From Nitrospirota bacterium (GTDB lineage Bacteria; Nitrospirota; Thermodesulfovibrionia; Thermodesulfovibrionales; Dissulfurispiraceae): 64,000 nucleotides of DNA. A program made the translations under genes and the position numbers. How positions within the stretch are numbered: the first letter of the stretch is position 1; the number at the start of each line of letters is the position of its first letter. The notes under the pieces are model-generated. The model saw only the letters and a program-made list of their open reading frames with translations. It searched no databases and was not told where the DNA came from. This document shows positions 46,810-57,148 of this stretch, one piece after another. The stretch spans positions 192,001 through 256,000 of the forward strand of contig CAVPZX010000005.1 in the NCBI GenBank assembly GCA_963710375.1, in the 5' to 3' direction.

Positions 46810-46992
46810 ATGAGTAAATTTTTAAAGGGGAACTACCAGGTTAACAACAACGGCTCTGCGCCATCCGCTCCGGAAGAGAAAAGTCTTGCGGAGATTTTTG
46901 AAGCAGAAGCACTGACGCAGCTTGGAGGGAGTATCGCTTTCGTTATGAAATCGAATACCTTCATATGGGATGATGATGAAAATCCCAAGTGA
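46810..46992 (+). CDS. Small hypothetical protein (about 60 aa)
   Basis: SD-like GAGGTG at 46799-46804; fills the gap in an otherwise tightly packed operon. Confidence 0.45.
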   Translation: MSKFLKGNYQVNNNGSAPSAPEEKSLAEIFEAEALTQLGGSIAFVMKSNTFIWDDDENPK

Positions 46993-48004
46993 AAAAGAGC
47001 TGCACATGCTTTCAGAGGCAACTTTTAGGAAAACTGCGGATGTTGGATTAAAAAACGCTGAAGCCAACCAGCCATACATTGGTAAGACGATAAAAGACCT
47101 CAAACGTGAAATGTCTGAAAAGCCTCCCAAACCGGCAATTGTTATTTCGGCGGGTCCGAGTCTCCATCGGAAGCGTTCTATCGAAACAATCAAGAAAGCT
47201 AATGGCAACTGCCATATCATTGCTGTTGATGGAGCTCTGGGACACTGCCTGCGCAACGGCGTCATACCCGATTTCGTTATTACCGTTGATCCTGATGAGC
47301 ACCGCATTATCAGATGGTTTGGAGACCCACGGCTCGATGAACGACCGGAAGACGACTATTTCAGGCGGCAAGATCTTGACCCCGCACTTAACACGAACGA
47401 ACTGGCCCGTAACAGAGAGCTCATTCAACTCGTCAACAGTTACGGTCCAGGGATAACGACCATCATATCCACTAGTGTAACACCGGAAATAACGCTCAGA
47501 TGCAGAGATGCGGGAATGCGGTTGTACTGGTGGAATCCCCTGTATGACGATTATGAGAAAAGTGACAGTGTGTCACGGAAAATCTATCAAATGAATCATG
47601 TCACCTGCATGGTTACCGGAGGGAATGTCGGGTCCTCTGCATGGGTCTTCGCTCATTCCATCCTGAACAGCCCTGACGTAGTCCTTGTCGGCATGGATTT
47701 TTCCTATCCCCCGGGTACGAATGTTTTGAATACACAGTATTACACAATTCTAAAAGAACTTTTTCCAGACCAGCCGTCTCACGGATTGATAGAAATACAT
47801 AACCCCTACCTTAATGAGACTTGGTTGACGGATCCCGGCTACTATTGGTACAGCCAATGTTTTCTGCAAATGGCCCCTCATGCATCGTGTAAGACATATA
47901 ATTGTACTGAAGGCGGCATTTTGTTCGGAGAAGGGATTGTGTTTTCCGGTTTGGCCGACACGCTTCAGGACCTTTTAACCAAAAAAGAGCATAGCCATGG
48001 CTAG
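46970..48004 (+). CDS. Maf/DUF115 (MptE-like) domain protein, candidate nonulosonate transferase
   Basis: IVISAGPSL, IIAVD, PDFVITVDP, GGNVG, LVGMDFSY, YNCTEGG. Confidence 0.8.
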   Translation: MMMKIPSEKELHMLSEATFRKTADVGLKNAEANQPYIGKTIKDLKREMSEKPPKPAIVISAGPSLHRKRSIETIKKANGNCHIIAVDGALGHCLRNGVIPDFVITVDPDEHRIIRWFGDPRLDERPEDDYFRRQDLDPALNTNELARNRELIQLVNSYGPGITTIISTSVTPEITLRCRDAGMRLYWWNPLYDDYEKSDSVSRKIYQMNHVTCMVTGGNVGSSAWVFAHSILNSPDVVLVGMDFSYPPGTNVLNTQYYTILKELFPDQPSHGLIEIHNPYLNETWLTDPGYYWYSQCFLQMAPHASCKTYNCTEGGILFGEGIVFSGLADTLQDLLTKKEHSHG

Positions 48005-49482
48005 AGTGCTCTTTATAAATCCGGTGATCAGACAAAACCAGAAGCCGGCGCATGTCCCTTTTGGCCTGGCTCAACTGGTCGCCATTTCAGTTAACGAGGG
48101 GCATATGGTGCAGGTGTTTGACGCCAATGCCTGGAGACCGACAGACCAGGATATCTGCGATGTTCTCTCGGCTGACAAGTGGGATGTTATAGCCACCGGG
48201 GGACTTGTGACAACGTATGGGTTTATAAAAAAGACCGTCCGGTTTGCCAAACAAATATGCCCTGAGGCGACGATTGTCGTAGGAGGAGGGATCATTACTC
48301 CCATCCCTTACGATATAATGGAACTTTTGCCCGAAATTGATATAGGAGTAATCGGCGAGGGATATGATACATTTCCGGAACTGCTGAAACGGGTTGATAC
48401 TAACAATTCTGACTGGCAATCCGTCAAAGGCATAATATTCAGGACGCGTGACGGGGCGGCACAACTGAACGAACACCGCGCTCTTAAAGAAGATATAGAC
48501 TCTCTTCCGTTCCCTGCCTGGGATTTTTTCCCGCTTGATATATATTTCAAAAACAGCAGCCTTCTGCTCAGCGAAGAGGCAATGCTTGCCAGAAGACATA
48601 TCAGTGTCATTGCGAGCTACGGGTGCCCTTTTAAATGTAAATACTGTTTCCATCTTGGCTTGAGTGGTGAATTGGAATCCAGGGATTGCAATGGACGAAG
48701 GGATGTCGTTATAACTCAGCAAAGAAAAGTCCGCCACCATAGTCCGGAGTATTTGGTAGATTTGATAGAGTATGCAAGGCGCAGGTATGACGTCGATTTT
48801 GTTTCATTTCTCGACGAAAATTTCTCTGTGCTCGCCAGGAAAGGCGCATGGCTCGATGCGTTTTCCAATCTGTGGGTGAAAAAAGGATTGCAACCTTCCT
48901 GTAATCGTGAAAATAAAGCTCATGATCAACGCACCTGTACGGGGGTCCACTGGGGCACATCAGCGCATGCAGTCTGTTGTCACACAAGAGATGCTGGTAC
49001 GCTTTAAAGAGCTGGGTTGTTCTCATTTAGACTTTGGGTTCGAATCATTTTCAGATGATATCTTGCAGTCCATTGGAAAGGGTGCAACAGTAAAGCAAAA
49101 CGAAGCTGCTGTCATAATGTCAATGAAGGCCGGCATCCGGCCCATCCCCAACCAGATCATCGGGTTCCCGGAAGAGACATTAGATAGTATTTTAGCCAAT
49201 ATCAAAGCATGGGAGAAACTGGGGATCATGAGTTATCCTTTCCTGGCCACGCCGTATCCAGGGTCAGAGTGGTATTTTTCTTACAAGGACAGGATACTGG
49301 AGCAATACGGGGGCGATTTGGAAAAATTCCTTTTAGACCTTGGCGACGCAACAAAAATTAGTGCTGTGATATCCAAAAACTTTAATGCTGTGGAACTGCT
49401 CGGTCTCAGGGAACTGATGGTAAACAGGGACGTGAAGAGAATCAGGGAATACGAATCCCTCAAGAAGAACTGCATCTGCTAA
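47997..49482 (+). CDS. Cobalamin-binding radical SAM protein; +1 frameshift near 48972
   Basis: PFGLAQL, VVGGG, IGEG, YGCPFKCKYC, LDENF. Removing one G gives HASVVTQEM...GC..LDFGFES...IIGFP.ET...PYPGS. Confidence 0.85.
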
Positions 49483-51434
49483 TGGGCGGGAAAGTCATAT
49501 GGGTCGAAAGACTCGGTGTTTTTGAAATATTTTATTTAGCTGCAAGGTCTCTTTTTTCCCTCATCGTTGTGCGTTACGACGGCCATAATGTCTCCGGATC
49601 CGGAAAGATCGCGCTTCGCCTTTTAAAGGGTTCCGGGTTATGCGACAACTTTTCACCTTTCAATCTGTCGCTCGAAAAAAGGAGACCTGACGGAGAAACG
49701 CTGCGGTACCTTCCAGACGAGATAATACGCTCCTGTATGGAGCAATTTTTTCTGGAACATGACGGCGAGTGGCCGGAAAGTTTCAGGAACATGATGAGCT
49801 GTTATATTGCCGGCCAGTTGCTCAGCAGGGTCGCCTTTGCGGCAGCAGCCGAAGCTGAGGCGGGCTGTGGAAGTGCTGAGAAGAACATGCTGCAGCACGA
49901 GCTTTATTTCAGGAGGCACCCCTTAAACAGGCTGCTTGTTTCTTTTTACAGGGAACGGCGATTTTTGGTCAGGGAGTCCGTCTGCAATAGAGAGCACCTC
50001 AAGTTTTTTGCCCGTCCCCTTCTATACCTGACGGCTGCTCTGTTATCCAAAATCCTTTCTCTTCGGACAAAGAGCAATATCTCCAGTATCAGACCTTCGG
50101 TTTGGGTCGAATATGCCCATAATGATGTGTGCGATTTTATGTTCTGGCGGAATGTCGTAAAAGCTGAAGATTTTGACATGGCGTATTATCTTGATCGAGC
50201 TGACACGCCGCTTATGGGCGGTATAACTGACACGATTGAGGCTATGGGATTGAAATGGGTGGATGCGCATTTTATTCCCATGTGCAAATACTTCGACTTC
50301 AGCGCGGCAGTAATCGGGGATTTATTACGGACACTGTTCCCGATGGATCGCAGGCATCCGGCGTGGTACAGGTTATTTGAGTTTGAACGTGTCTTCTGGT
50401 TTTCTTTTTTCCGTTCTGTTTATGAGAGGTTTATGGTCAGGGTCCTTATTCAGCATCAGGATACTTCATGGCGTCAGGAAGTTCAGGCAAGGGCGGTTGA
50501 ATCTGCTGGAGGTGTTATGGTCGGATTTCACTGGTCGAATTACCCCTCGGTCGTGACGCCGACGCTGGTTTTCCCATTTCATGTTTTTTTCGTTTGGGGT
50601 GTTTTGATAAGCGATTTTGTGAGGGAGGGCGGCAATACATGCAGCTACATTCTTCCTTCCGGTTACTCAATGCAGGGGGAAGATCATAAAATAGAACAAA
50701 CCGTTGCCCTTTCTGAACACCTGGATTTTGTTCTTGCTGTCTTTGACTCATCTGCAGCCTATAATATTCACCAGACGCCTGAGACGCTTTCACAGTTTTA
50801 CGTAAAACTGTTAGACCTCCTAGAAGGCAATACAAAATGGGGGGCGATCATAAAGAGCAAAAACTGGGACGTTGACGGCTTTTATTCACTTCCGTCCGGA
50901 GGAGAGATCGTGAGCAGGTTAAAACTGCTTATCGATGATAAAAGAGCGGTTGTTCTCGACACTGCAATTTCTCCTGCTGCAGCCGCTGCGCGCGCGGATT
51001 TGTCAGTATGTTATGCGTTGAACAGCGCAGGAATTATCGCAGGGATTCACGGCAGCAGGGCAATACACTGGGATTGTGCGGGCTGGGTGCGCCATCCCTT
51101 CTACAAAGACCCTGACCAACGATTTGTTTTCCGAAGCCTGGATGAGCTGGAACAAGCGATTACCATGGCAGCAAAAGGGGACTCCGCAATAGGGGACTTT
51201 TCAGGCTGGCAGCAGAAATTAAATTATTTTAATGACTTCAAAGCGCCACAAAGGGTGGGTCGCTTTATTCAGACTCTTATGGATGAGATAATAAAGACCG
51301 GCGACAATAGACAGTCGCTGGCTATTGCAGTGCGAAAATACATACGGGACAACAATCTCGGTGATGACTTTTTTGCCCCGGGGCACTTGTGGGAGCAGAC
51401 AGACATCCAGTACCCCATTACAAATAATGGATAA
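49482..51434 (+). CDS. Large hypothetical polysaccharide-locus protein (possible GT-B-fold transferase)
   Basis: 650-aa ORF coupled to both neighbours; FVWG and C-terminal D....QR pattern only weakly suggestive. Confidence 0.55.
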   Translation: MGGKVIWVERLGVFEIFYLAARSLFSLIVVRYDGHNVSGSGKIALRLLKGSGLCDNFSPFNLSLEKRRPDGETLRYLPDEIIRSCMEQFFLEHDGEWPESFRNMMSCYIAGQLLSRVAFAAAAEAEAGCGSAEKNMLQHELYFRRHPLNRLLVSFYRERRFLVRESVCNREHLKFFARPLLYLTAALLSKILSLRTKSNISSIRPSVWVEYAHNDVCDFMFWRNVVKAEDFDMAYYLDRADTPLMGGITDTIEAMGLKWVDAHFIPMCKYFDFSAAVIGDLLRTLFPMDRRHPAWYRLFEFERVFWFSFFRSVYERFMVRVLIQHQDTSWRQEVQARAVESAGGVMVGFHWSNYPSVVTPTLVFPFHVFFVWGVLISDFVREGGNTCSYILPSGYSMQGEDHKIEQTVALSEHLDFVLAVFDSSAAYNIHQTPETLSQFYVKLLDLLEGNTKWGAIIKSKNWDVDGFYSLPSGGEIVSRLKLLIDDKRAVVLDTAISPAAAAARADLSVCYALNSAGIIAGIHGSRAIHWDCAGWVRHPFYKDPDQRFVFRSLDELEQAITMAAKGDSAIGDFSGWQQKLNYFNDFKAPQRVGRFIQTLMDEIIKTGDNRQSLAIAVRKYIRDNNLGDDFFAPGHLWEQTDIQYPITNNG

Positions 51435-53223
51435 AAGAACGCAAAAAATCAGGCACTTTCTTTCTGTTGCGCGGCTTTATCTGGGTAAAACACCTCAAGT
51501 GCGTCTTATCCTTTTCATGATATTTGCCTCTGGCATAGGCCAGGTTGTCTCGTCTACAATTGTTGTGCCCATTGTGAGCGTTTTTACAAAAGAATCATCT
51601 CTCAGTGATTCTGCCCAGATAAGCGGATATGTAAAACAGGCGCTTAACCTGGTGGGTATGAAAATGTCCATCCCCAACCTGTTGTTTGCCATGATAGCGC
51701 TCGAGGTGTTTTCATATCTTCTGGTATATGTTCAGGACCGTCTCGTGAATCATTCCTGCGCTGTTTTTGTTCTTAATGTGAGAAGAGATTTACTGAACGA
51801 CTTGCTCAACGCGAAATGGAAGTGCCTTGTGAACCATTCATCGGGGGAGACCACCAGCCGGTTGACTGTTGAAACACAGAGAGCAAGCGCATCAGCTTTT
51901 GCACTATTGGACGCTATTGTTGCAGCCGGCTATATTTTGGTTTTTCTATCGGCTTTTCTTTTTTTATATTGGCAGCTGGCAGCCCTGTTGTGTTTTATAA
52001 CAGGTTTGTCTTTTTATCTCACAAGGGGATTGCAGTATAAGACACAGCGATTGGGGAACGATCAGACAGAGGAAAACAATAGTTTTATCAATCAGATTAT
52101 TGAGTTTTTGAGAGGTATAAAACTTATAAAGGTCTCGGCACTCGAAGACTATGCAAATAATACTCTTAACACCTCCAGTCAACGCAATCAGAAGAATATA
52201 AAGGACATGTCAGATTACCAGGCAAAGATGAGTTTTTATGTTTCTTCTTTCAGGTCTCTTACTACGGCTGCAATAATATTTCTTGCCCTCGTAGTGTTCA
52301 GGATTCAGATATCAATGCTTGTCTTGTTCTTCTATTTGTACCTGAAAATAATGCCTAAGATAAACCTTCTCCAGATCCGCATTCTCTCCTATTTTTCAAC
52401 TTGCAATTCGCTTGAGGGCATCGAGGAGTTCCGCAGCCGGTTGTCATTTGAAGAAAGCATGGGAAAAGGCAAAAAGATTTTTGAAAGGTTAGGAGAGGGA
52501 ATTGTGTTCAAGAATGTCTCTTTTAGTTACGGGGAACACAGGATTCTCGAAAACATAAATATAAAGATACTGCCTAAAATGAGTGTGGGAATTGCCGGTC
52601 CCTCAGGGGCAGGAAAATCGACCCTGGTGGATTTGCTTGTCGGTCTCCATAAGCATCAAAGCGGTGATATCACTTTAGATTCGACCGGCCTGTTTGATTA
52701 TAAAATTCGGACATGGAGAGAAAAGGTCGGGTATGTGACACAGGATGATATCATGTTCAATGACACCATCTGGAATAATCTGGTGTTTGGCCTTAAATCT
52801 GTTGATAAGGAATGGGTAGACCACTGCGTAAGGCTGGCGAATATGCACCAGTTTATCGGAGAAGCGCCTGACGGGTATGACACTGTTATAGGGGAGAGCG
52901 GTATAAGGCTTTCAGGCGGTCAGAGGCAGAGGCTCTCTCTTGCACGGGCATTAATCAGGAAGCCTGAACTGCTTATACTCGATGAAGCCACAAGTTCGCT
53001 CGACACAGAATCCGAGAGGATAATCCAGAGTTCAATAAGAGATATATCACACAAGATGACAATTTTAATGATTGCGCACAGATTATCAACACTGGCCGAC
53101 GCAGATATCATCTATGTCCTTGACAATGGAATATGTATCGAAGAAGGGACATACGCTGAACTTGTGCAGAAAGGCGGTTACTTTTCAAGAATGTACAACC
53201 TGCAAACAACCGGCGTAGAATAA
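51427..53223 (+). CDS. ABC exporter (TMD + NBD), MsbA/PglK-like candidate glycan flippase
   Basis: TM domain; GPSGAGKST, LSGGQRQR, ILDEATSSLD, IAHRLST. Confidence 0.92.
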   Translation: MDKRTQKIRHFLSVARLYLGKTPQVRLILFMIFASGIGQVVSSTIVVPIVSVFTKESSLSDSAQISGYVKQALNLVGMKMSIPNLLFAMIALEVFSYLLVYVQDRLVNHSCAVFVLNVRRDLLNDLLNAKWKCLVNHSSGETTSRLTVETQRASASAFALLDAIVAAGYILVFLSAFLFLYWQLAALLCFITGLSFYLTRGLQYKTQRLGNDQTEENNSFINQIIEFLRGIKLIKVSALEDYANNTLNTSSQRNQKNIKDMSDYQAKMSFYVSSFRSLTTAAIIFLALVVFRIQISMLVLFFYLYLKIMPKINLLQIRILSYFSTCNSLEGIEEFRSRLSFEESMGKGKKIFERLGEGIVFKNVSFSYGEHRILENINIKILPKMSVGIAGPSGAGKSTLVDLLVGLHKHQSGDITLDSTGLFDYKIRTWREKVGYVTQDDIMFNDTIWNNLVFGLKSVDKEWVDHCVRLANMHQFIGEAPDGYDTVIGESGIRLSGGQRQRLSLARALIRKPELLILDEATSSLDTESERIIQSSIRDISHKMTILMIAHRLSTLADADIIYVLDNGICIEEGTYAELVQKGGYFSRMYNLQTTGVE

Positions 53224-53321
53224 TATGTTTGATAATAAAGTAAGCAAATAAAGAATTAAGTTCTAAATAATCGGACACCATATAAGAAACCGGTATAGAT
53301 AATGAGAGACAGGAGAACCAA

Positions 53322-54296
53322 ATGAAATTCACGATTGGCTTCGAAAAGGAGGATGCAAAAAAGTTGCACTCCTATTGGGATGAAATCATAGATTCACAGC
53401 AATGGACCGAATGGAAATTTAGCAGGATGTTCGAGGAGAAATGGACCGACCACAATTCACTGTACTCAGTCTCTTTCGGCTCATGGTCGGGCGCCGCGCT
53501 GGCTGCCCTCGAGTTCTTTAATGTGCGCAACAAGACTGTGCTCTGCCCATCGAACACATTTATGGCAACTCCGCTGAGCGTTATAAAGGCCGGTGCAAAC
53601 GTAGAGTTCGTAGATTGCAATCGCGATGACCTTTGCATGTCATTTGAGGATTTAAAAATCAAAATCGAAAAGTTCAAGCCGGCTGCTGTATGGGTGGTGC
53701 ATATCGGAGGACATATAGCTTTCGAGATCGAAAGAATAGCTGCGTTGTGCAAAGACAAAGGAATCGTCCTGCTCGAAGACTGCGCCCACGCCCATGGCGC
53801 TTCATGGAACAGCAAAAGACCGGGGGCATGGGGAGATGCAGGCGTATACTCTTTTTACGCGACAAAAACAGTGTCGACGGGCGAAGGGGGGATGCTGGTA
53901 ACGGCCAATAGGGACCTTGAGAATTTTGCAAAACAGTACAGGAATTACGGAAAGCCGGATTATAAGGTCGAAGGGCTGAATTTCAGGATGAGCGAGTTCA
54001 CAGCGGCAATCGGCTGCGTGCAGGTTGACAGGCTTGGAGACATTGTTGCATGGAAGACAGAGTATGCGAAGAAGCACCTGGACCCCGCGTATAAACACAG
54101 GGTCCTGTTCCCGGAAGGAATGCAATCCGGATATTACAAATATATTGTTTTCGATCCCATAGAGAAATCGACGGGCAAGGTGTACGACACACCCTGCCAC
54201 TGCATAATGAAACGTGAAGACAACTTTCCTAACACAGACTGGATAGCGCAAAACCACTGGTGCGTGCCTCTGTATTACAAGGGCGATGAGCCCTAG
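53322..54296 (+). CDS. Short DegT/DnrJ-family aminotransferase
   Basis: SNTFMAT, LEDCAHAHG, SFYATKTVSTGEGG, GLNFRMSE. Confidence 0.88.
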   Translation: MKFTIGFEKEDAKKLHSYWDEIIDSQQWTEWKFSRMFEEKWTDHNSLYSVSFGSWSGAALAALEFFNVRNKTVLCPSNTFMATPLSVIKAGANVEFVDCNRDDLCMSFEDLKIKIEKFKPAAVWVVHIGGHIAFEIERIAALCKDKGIVLLEDCAHAHGASWNSKRPGAWGDAGVYSFYATKTVSTGEGGMLVTANRDLENFAKQYRNYGKPDYKVEGLNFRMSEFTAAIGCVQVDRLGDIVAWKTEYAKKHLDPAYKHRVLFPEGMQSGYYKYIVFDPIEKSTGKVYDTPCHCIMKREDNFPNTDWIAQNHWCVPLYYKGDEP

Positions 54297-55356
54297 GTCG
54301 AACATACTTTTTGTGGCGACCCAGTTCGGTTCTTTCAATATGTTATATCCCATTCTCATGAAGTGTATGGCAAATTACGGGGTGGGCTATATGGGCATAA
54401 GCGCTATAACCGGCGACGGCCTGATACTGAATCGGACAATAGGCGAGAATGATCATATACCTTCATGGGTCCTTGAGCGCTACAACCTGGTGGTTACAGG
54501 CACGTCTCATTTAAGCGAAGTGGAGTATGATGTTTGGCGCGAGGCGGCCAAAAGGAATATAGGAAGCGTATGTGTCCTGGATTCATCGAAGGGATGCGGG
54601 GACCGTTTCATCAAGAACGGCAGCGCTGTCTACCCTGACGTTATATGTGTTGTAGACGAAAAGGCCGTGGAGGCGCTGATCGACCTTGGCGCCCCCAAGG
54701 AGCGTATAGTGGTCACGGGGTCGCCATACCTGGAGGCCGTCAACGCCTTCAGGCTTTCCGTGGAGGAAAGGGAGCAGGAGAAAAAAGTGGCCTCCCCTGA
54801 AGGTAAAAAAATAGTGACCTTTTGTACGGAATACTTAGCCAAGAGCGGCGAGGCAGGAAGATACGGTTACGACGAGCTGACTATTCTTCGGGATCTGCTC
54901 CTGTATATTGATCAAAGAGGGCCGGGGCGTTTCAAGCTGCTCATCAAGCTGCACCCCAATGATTCCGCAGGCATCTACAATGATTTCATGCAAGGGGCGT
55001 CGTCTGCGGTTGACTGGCAGGTAGTCTATGCAGATACAGAAAAGAAGTTTCTCCAGATTTCGGATGTGGTTGTAGGCATGACATCGGTTATACTCACAGA
55101 GGCCTTGATGCTTGACCTTCCTGTCGTCAGTTACCAGCCTGTTACCGATGCGGGAATGGTCCACTACGCCGTGGGATTGCAGCCTGAGTTTTGTGTTACA
55201 TCGAGAGATGCTTTCTTCACCTTGCTGGACAATAAGCTTAGCCCCGGAAACAGGATGTCGGATGTGTGTGTTGAAGCGCCGCGCCATGGCTCTCTGAACG
55301 CCTTGATGAAGGTGATTGACAGGGCACTGCCTGAACAGGGGGACGCAGCGCGTTGA
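54286..55356 (+). CDS. Hypothetical GT-B-fold protein (sialyltransferase/epimerase-like)
   Basis: VTGTS, PDVICVVD, IVVTGSPY, IKLHP, VVGMTS...EA..L..PVVS. Confidence 0.6.
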   Translation: MSPRSNILFVATQFGSFNMLYPILMKCMANYGVGYMGISAITGDGLILNRTIGENDHIPSWVLERYNLVVTGTSHLSEVEYDVWREAAKRNIGSVCVLDSSKGCGDRFIKNGSAVYPDVICVVDEKAVEALIDLGAPKERIVVTGSPYLEAVNAFRLSVEEREQEKKVASPEGKKIVTFCTEYLAKSGEAGRYGYDELTILRDLLLYIDQRGPGRFKLLIKLHPNDSAGIYNDFMQGASSAVDWQVVYADTEKKFLQISDVVVGMTSVILTEALMLDLPVVSYQPVTDAGMVHYAVGLQPEFCVTSRDAFFTLLDNKLSPGNRMSDVCVEAPRHGSLNALMKVIDRALPEQGDAAR

Positions 55357-55364
55357 GATACGGG

Positions 55365-56336
55365 ATGAAGGCGGCGGCGCTTTTCCGCGCACAGATCTCC
55401 GACAGGGTTGCGGCTCTCGGCTCTCTCGGTTTGAAGCCGGTTGTAGAACTGCATCTGTTCGGTCTTGACGACGTGTTCGGCCCGCGCTGTGGAGAAGTGG
55501 TCGAAAATTGCCGCTCGTTTCAGGAAACTGTGTTTATAGTCCATTACCCTATATACGATACCTCCACCGGTTATATTTACGACCCGTTCAACGGAGAGGC
55601 GGAGGGTTTTGAAAAAACGCTCCGCTTTGCAAAGGACATAGGTTCGAATGTCATGGTAATGCATCGCTGCTTCGGTTTTGACAGGGGCCTCGGAAAGGAA
55701 GAGGCCGGGGCGCGTTTTTTCGAAAACGTGGCGCAGTGGGACTGTCTCGCAAAAGAGTCCGGTGTGAAAATACTTTATGAGAACTACGGTTTTGTATGGC
55801 TTCAGAAAGGTCTGGGCAAAGATTATGTGACAAGCCCGCTTGACCATTTTTTCCCCTGGGACATGCGGGAGTTTGCTCTCAAGGCGGAAAGGATGGGTCT
55901 TGAGAATACGGGCGTCCTTCTGGATTTTGCTCATGCCGCGCTTTCGGCCAATATGTTCAACATGCTAAAGGTCCAATCTCATCTTAGGTCCGATGCAAGG
56001 TTTGCAAACATTTATCCGGAAGACCTCGAAAGGGCCGAACAGTTGACTGTGGCGGATTTCGTGCTCGATTTTATAGACTATTTCCATGTTTCAGACGCCC
56101 TCGTCTGGGAAAGCTCCTACGGGCTTGACCGAATCGACAGGTTTTTATGCACTGAGAATCTTCCGATAGGGCGGGGGAACATAGACTACAGGGGGATCTT
56201 AAGCAGAGTCATGGGGGACAAGACACTTATAATGGAGATTGACCCTGAAGAGGGCGACCATACCCATAACGTATCTCAGCTCCGTGGCGTTGAGTGGTTC
56301 AAAAAAAATATTGAGGAGATATCGCTATGTGCCTGA
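55365..56336 (+). CDS. TIM-barrel sugar-phosphate isomerase/epimerase-like protein
   Basis: ILYEN, LLDFAHA, YFHVSD, LPIGRGNIDY, IME motifs. Confidence 0.7.
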   Translation: MKAAALFRAQISDRVAALGSLGLKPVVELHLFGLDDVFGPRCGEVVENCRSFQETVFIVHYPIYDTSTGYIYDPFNGEAEGFEKTLRFAKDIGSNVMVMHRCFGFDRGLGKEEAGARFFENVAQWDCLAKESGVKILYENYGFVWLQKGLGKDYVTSPLDHFFPWDMREFALKAERMGLENTGVLLDFAHAALSANMFNMLKVQSHLRSDARFANIYPEDLERAEQLTVADFVLDFIDYFHVSDALVWESSYGLDRIDRFLCTENLPIGRGNIDYRGILSRVMGDKTLIMEIDPEEGDHTHNVSQLRGVEWFKKNIEEISLCA

Positions 56337-57128
56337 TTATCGCGGAAGCCGGTGAAAACCATCTTGGCGACATGGAAATAGCCAAAAAGCTGATAGATCT
56401 GTCCAGGAATGCCGGAGCTGATTATGTGAAGTTTCAGTATTATGACGCTGCAACCTGCGCTGCCGATGACCCTGAAAAAGAGTGGTTTGAAAAGGTGCAG
56501 TTGGACATTGAAAAGATAAAATATCTCTATGACTACTGCGGCAGGAGCGGTATACCATTTATGTGCACGCCCTGGGACGCCAAAAAAGCCGAGGACCTGT
56601 TCTCCCTCGGCGTAAGGGATATGAAGATTGCCTCGTTTCATATAACAGACACTGAAATGCTTCGAACTGTCGCGAAAAAAGCCGGGAGGGTCTTTCTTTC
56701 GACAGGCATGAGCTCGGTTGATGAAATAGACGCTGCTGCGGCCCTTTTAAAGGGTACCGAGCTTTATCTGCTCCACTGCGTATCAGAGTATCCGCTGGCC
56801 GAAGAACGTGTAAATTTGCTGTGTATGGACTTCCTGCGTGAGCGCTACGGATGCAGGGTGGGATACTCGGACCATACTCTCGGCATTCTGGCGCCGCTTG
56901 CCGCCGTGGCCCGGGGGGCGGATGTAATCGAAAAACACATTACGCTCTCAAAGACCTTTTTCGGCACGGATCATATCCTTTCCGCTGATCCTGCGGAGCT
57001 TAAGCTGCTTGTGGAATACGCCGGAAGAATAGGCAAAATGCTCGGCAGCAAGGAGAAAACCATTACGGATACAGAGCTCGGCGTCCCAGGCGTTTCTGAG
57101 AAACCGCTTCAACCACGAGAATAAATAG
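56327..57128 (+). CDS. Second NeuB-family synthase lacking the SAF domain (SpsE-like); probable +1 indel near 57085
   Basis: IIAEAGENH.GD, KFQ, STGM, LHCVSEYP, GYSDHT, IEKHITL. Removing one C gives ELGVQAFLRNRFNHENK*; as read the ORF stops at 57124. Confidence 0.88.
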
Positions 57129-57148
57129 GGGACCGGCAGGGTATTACT

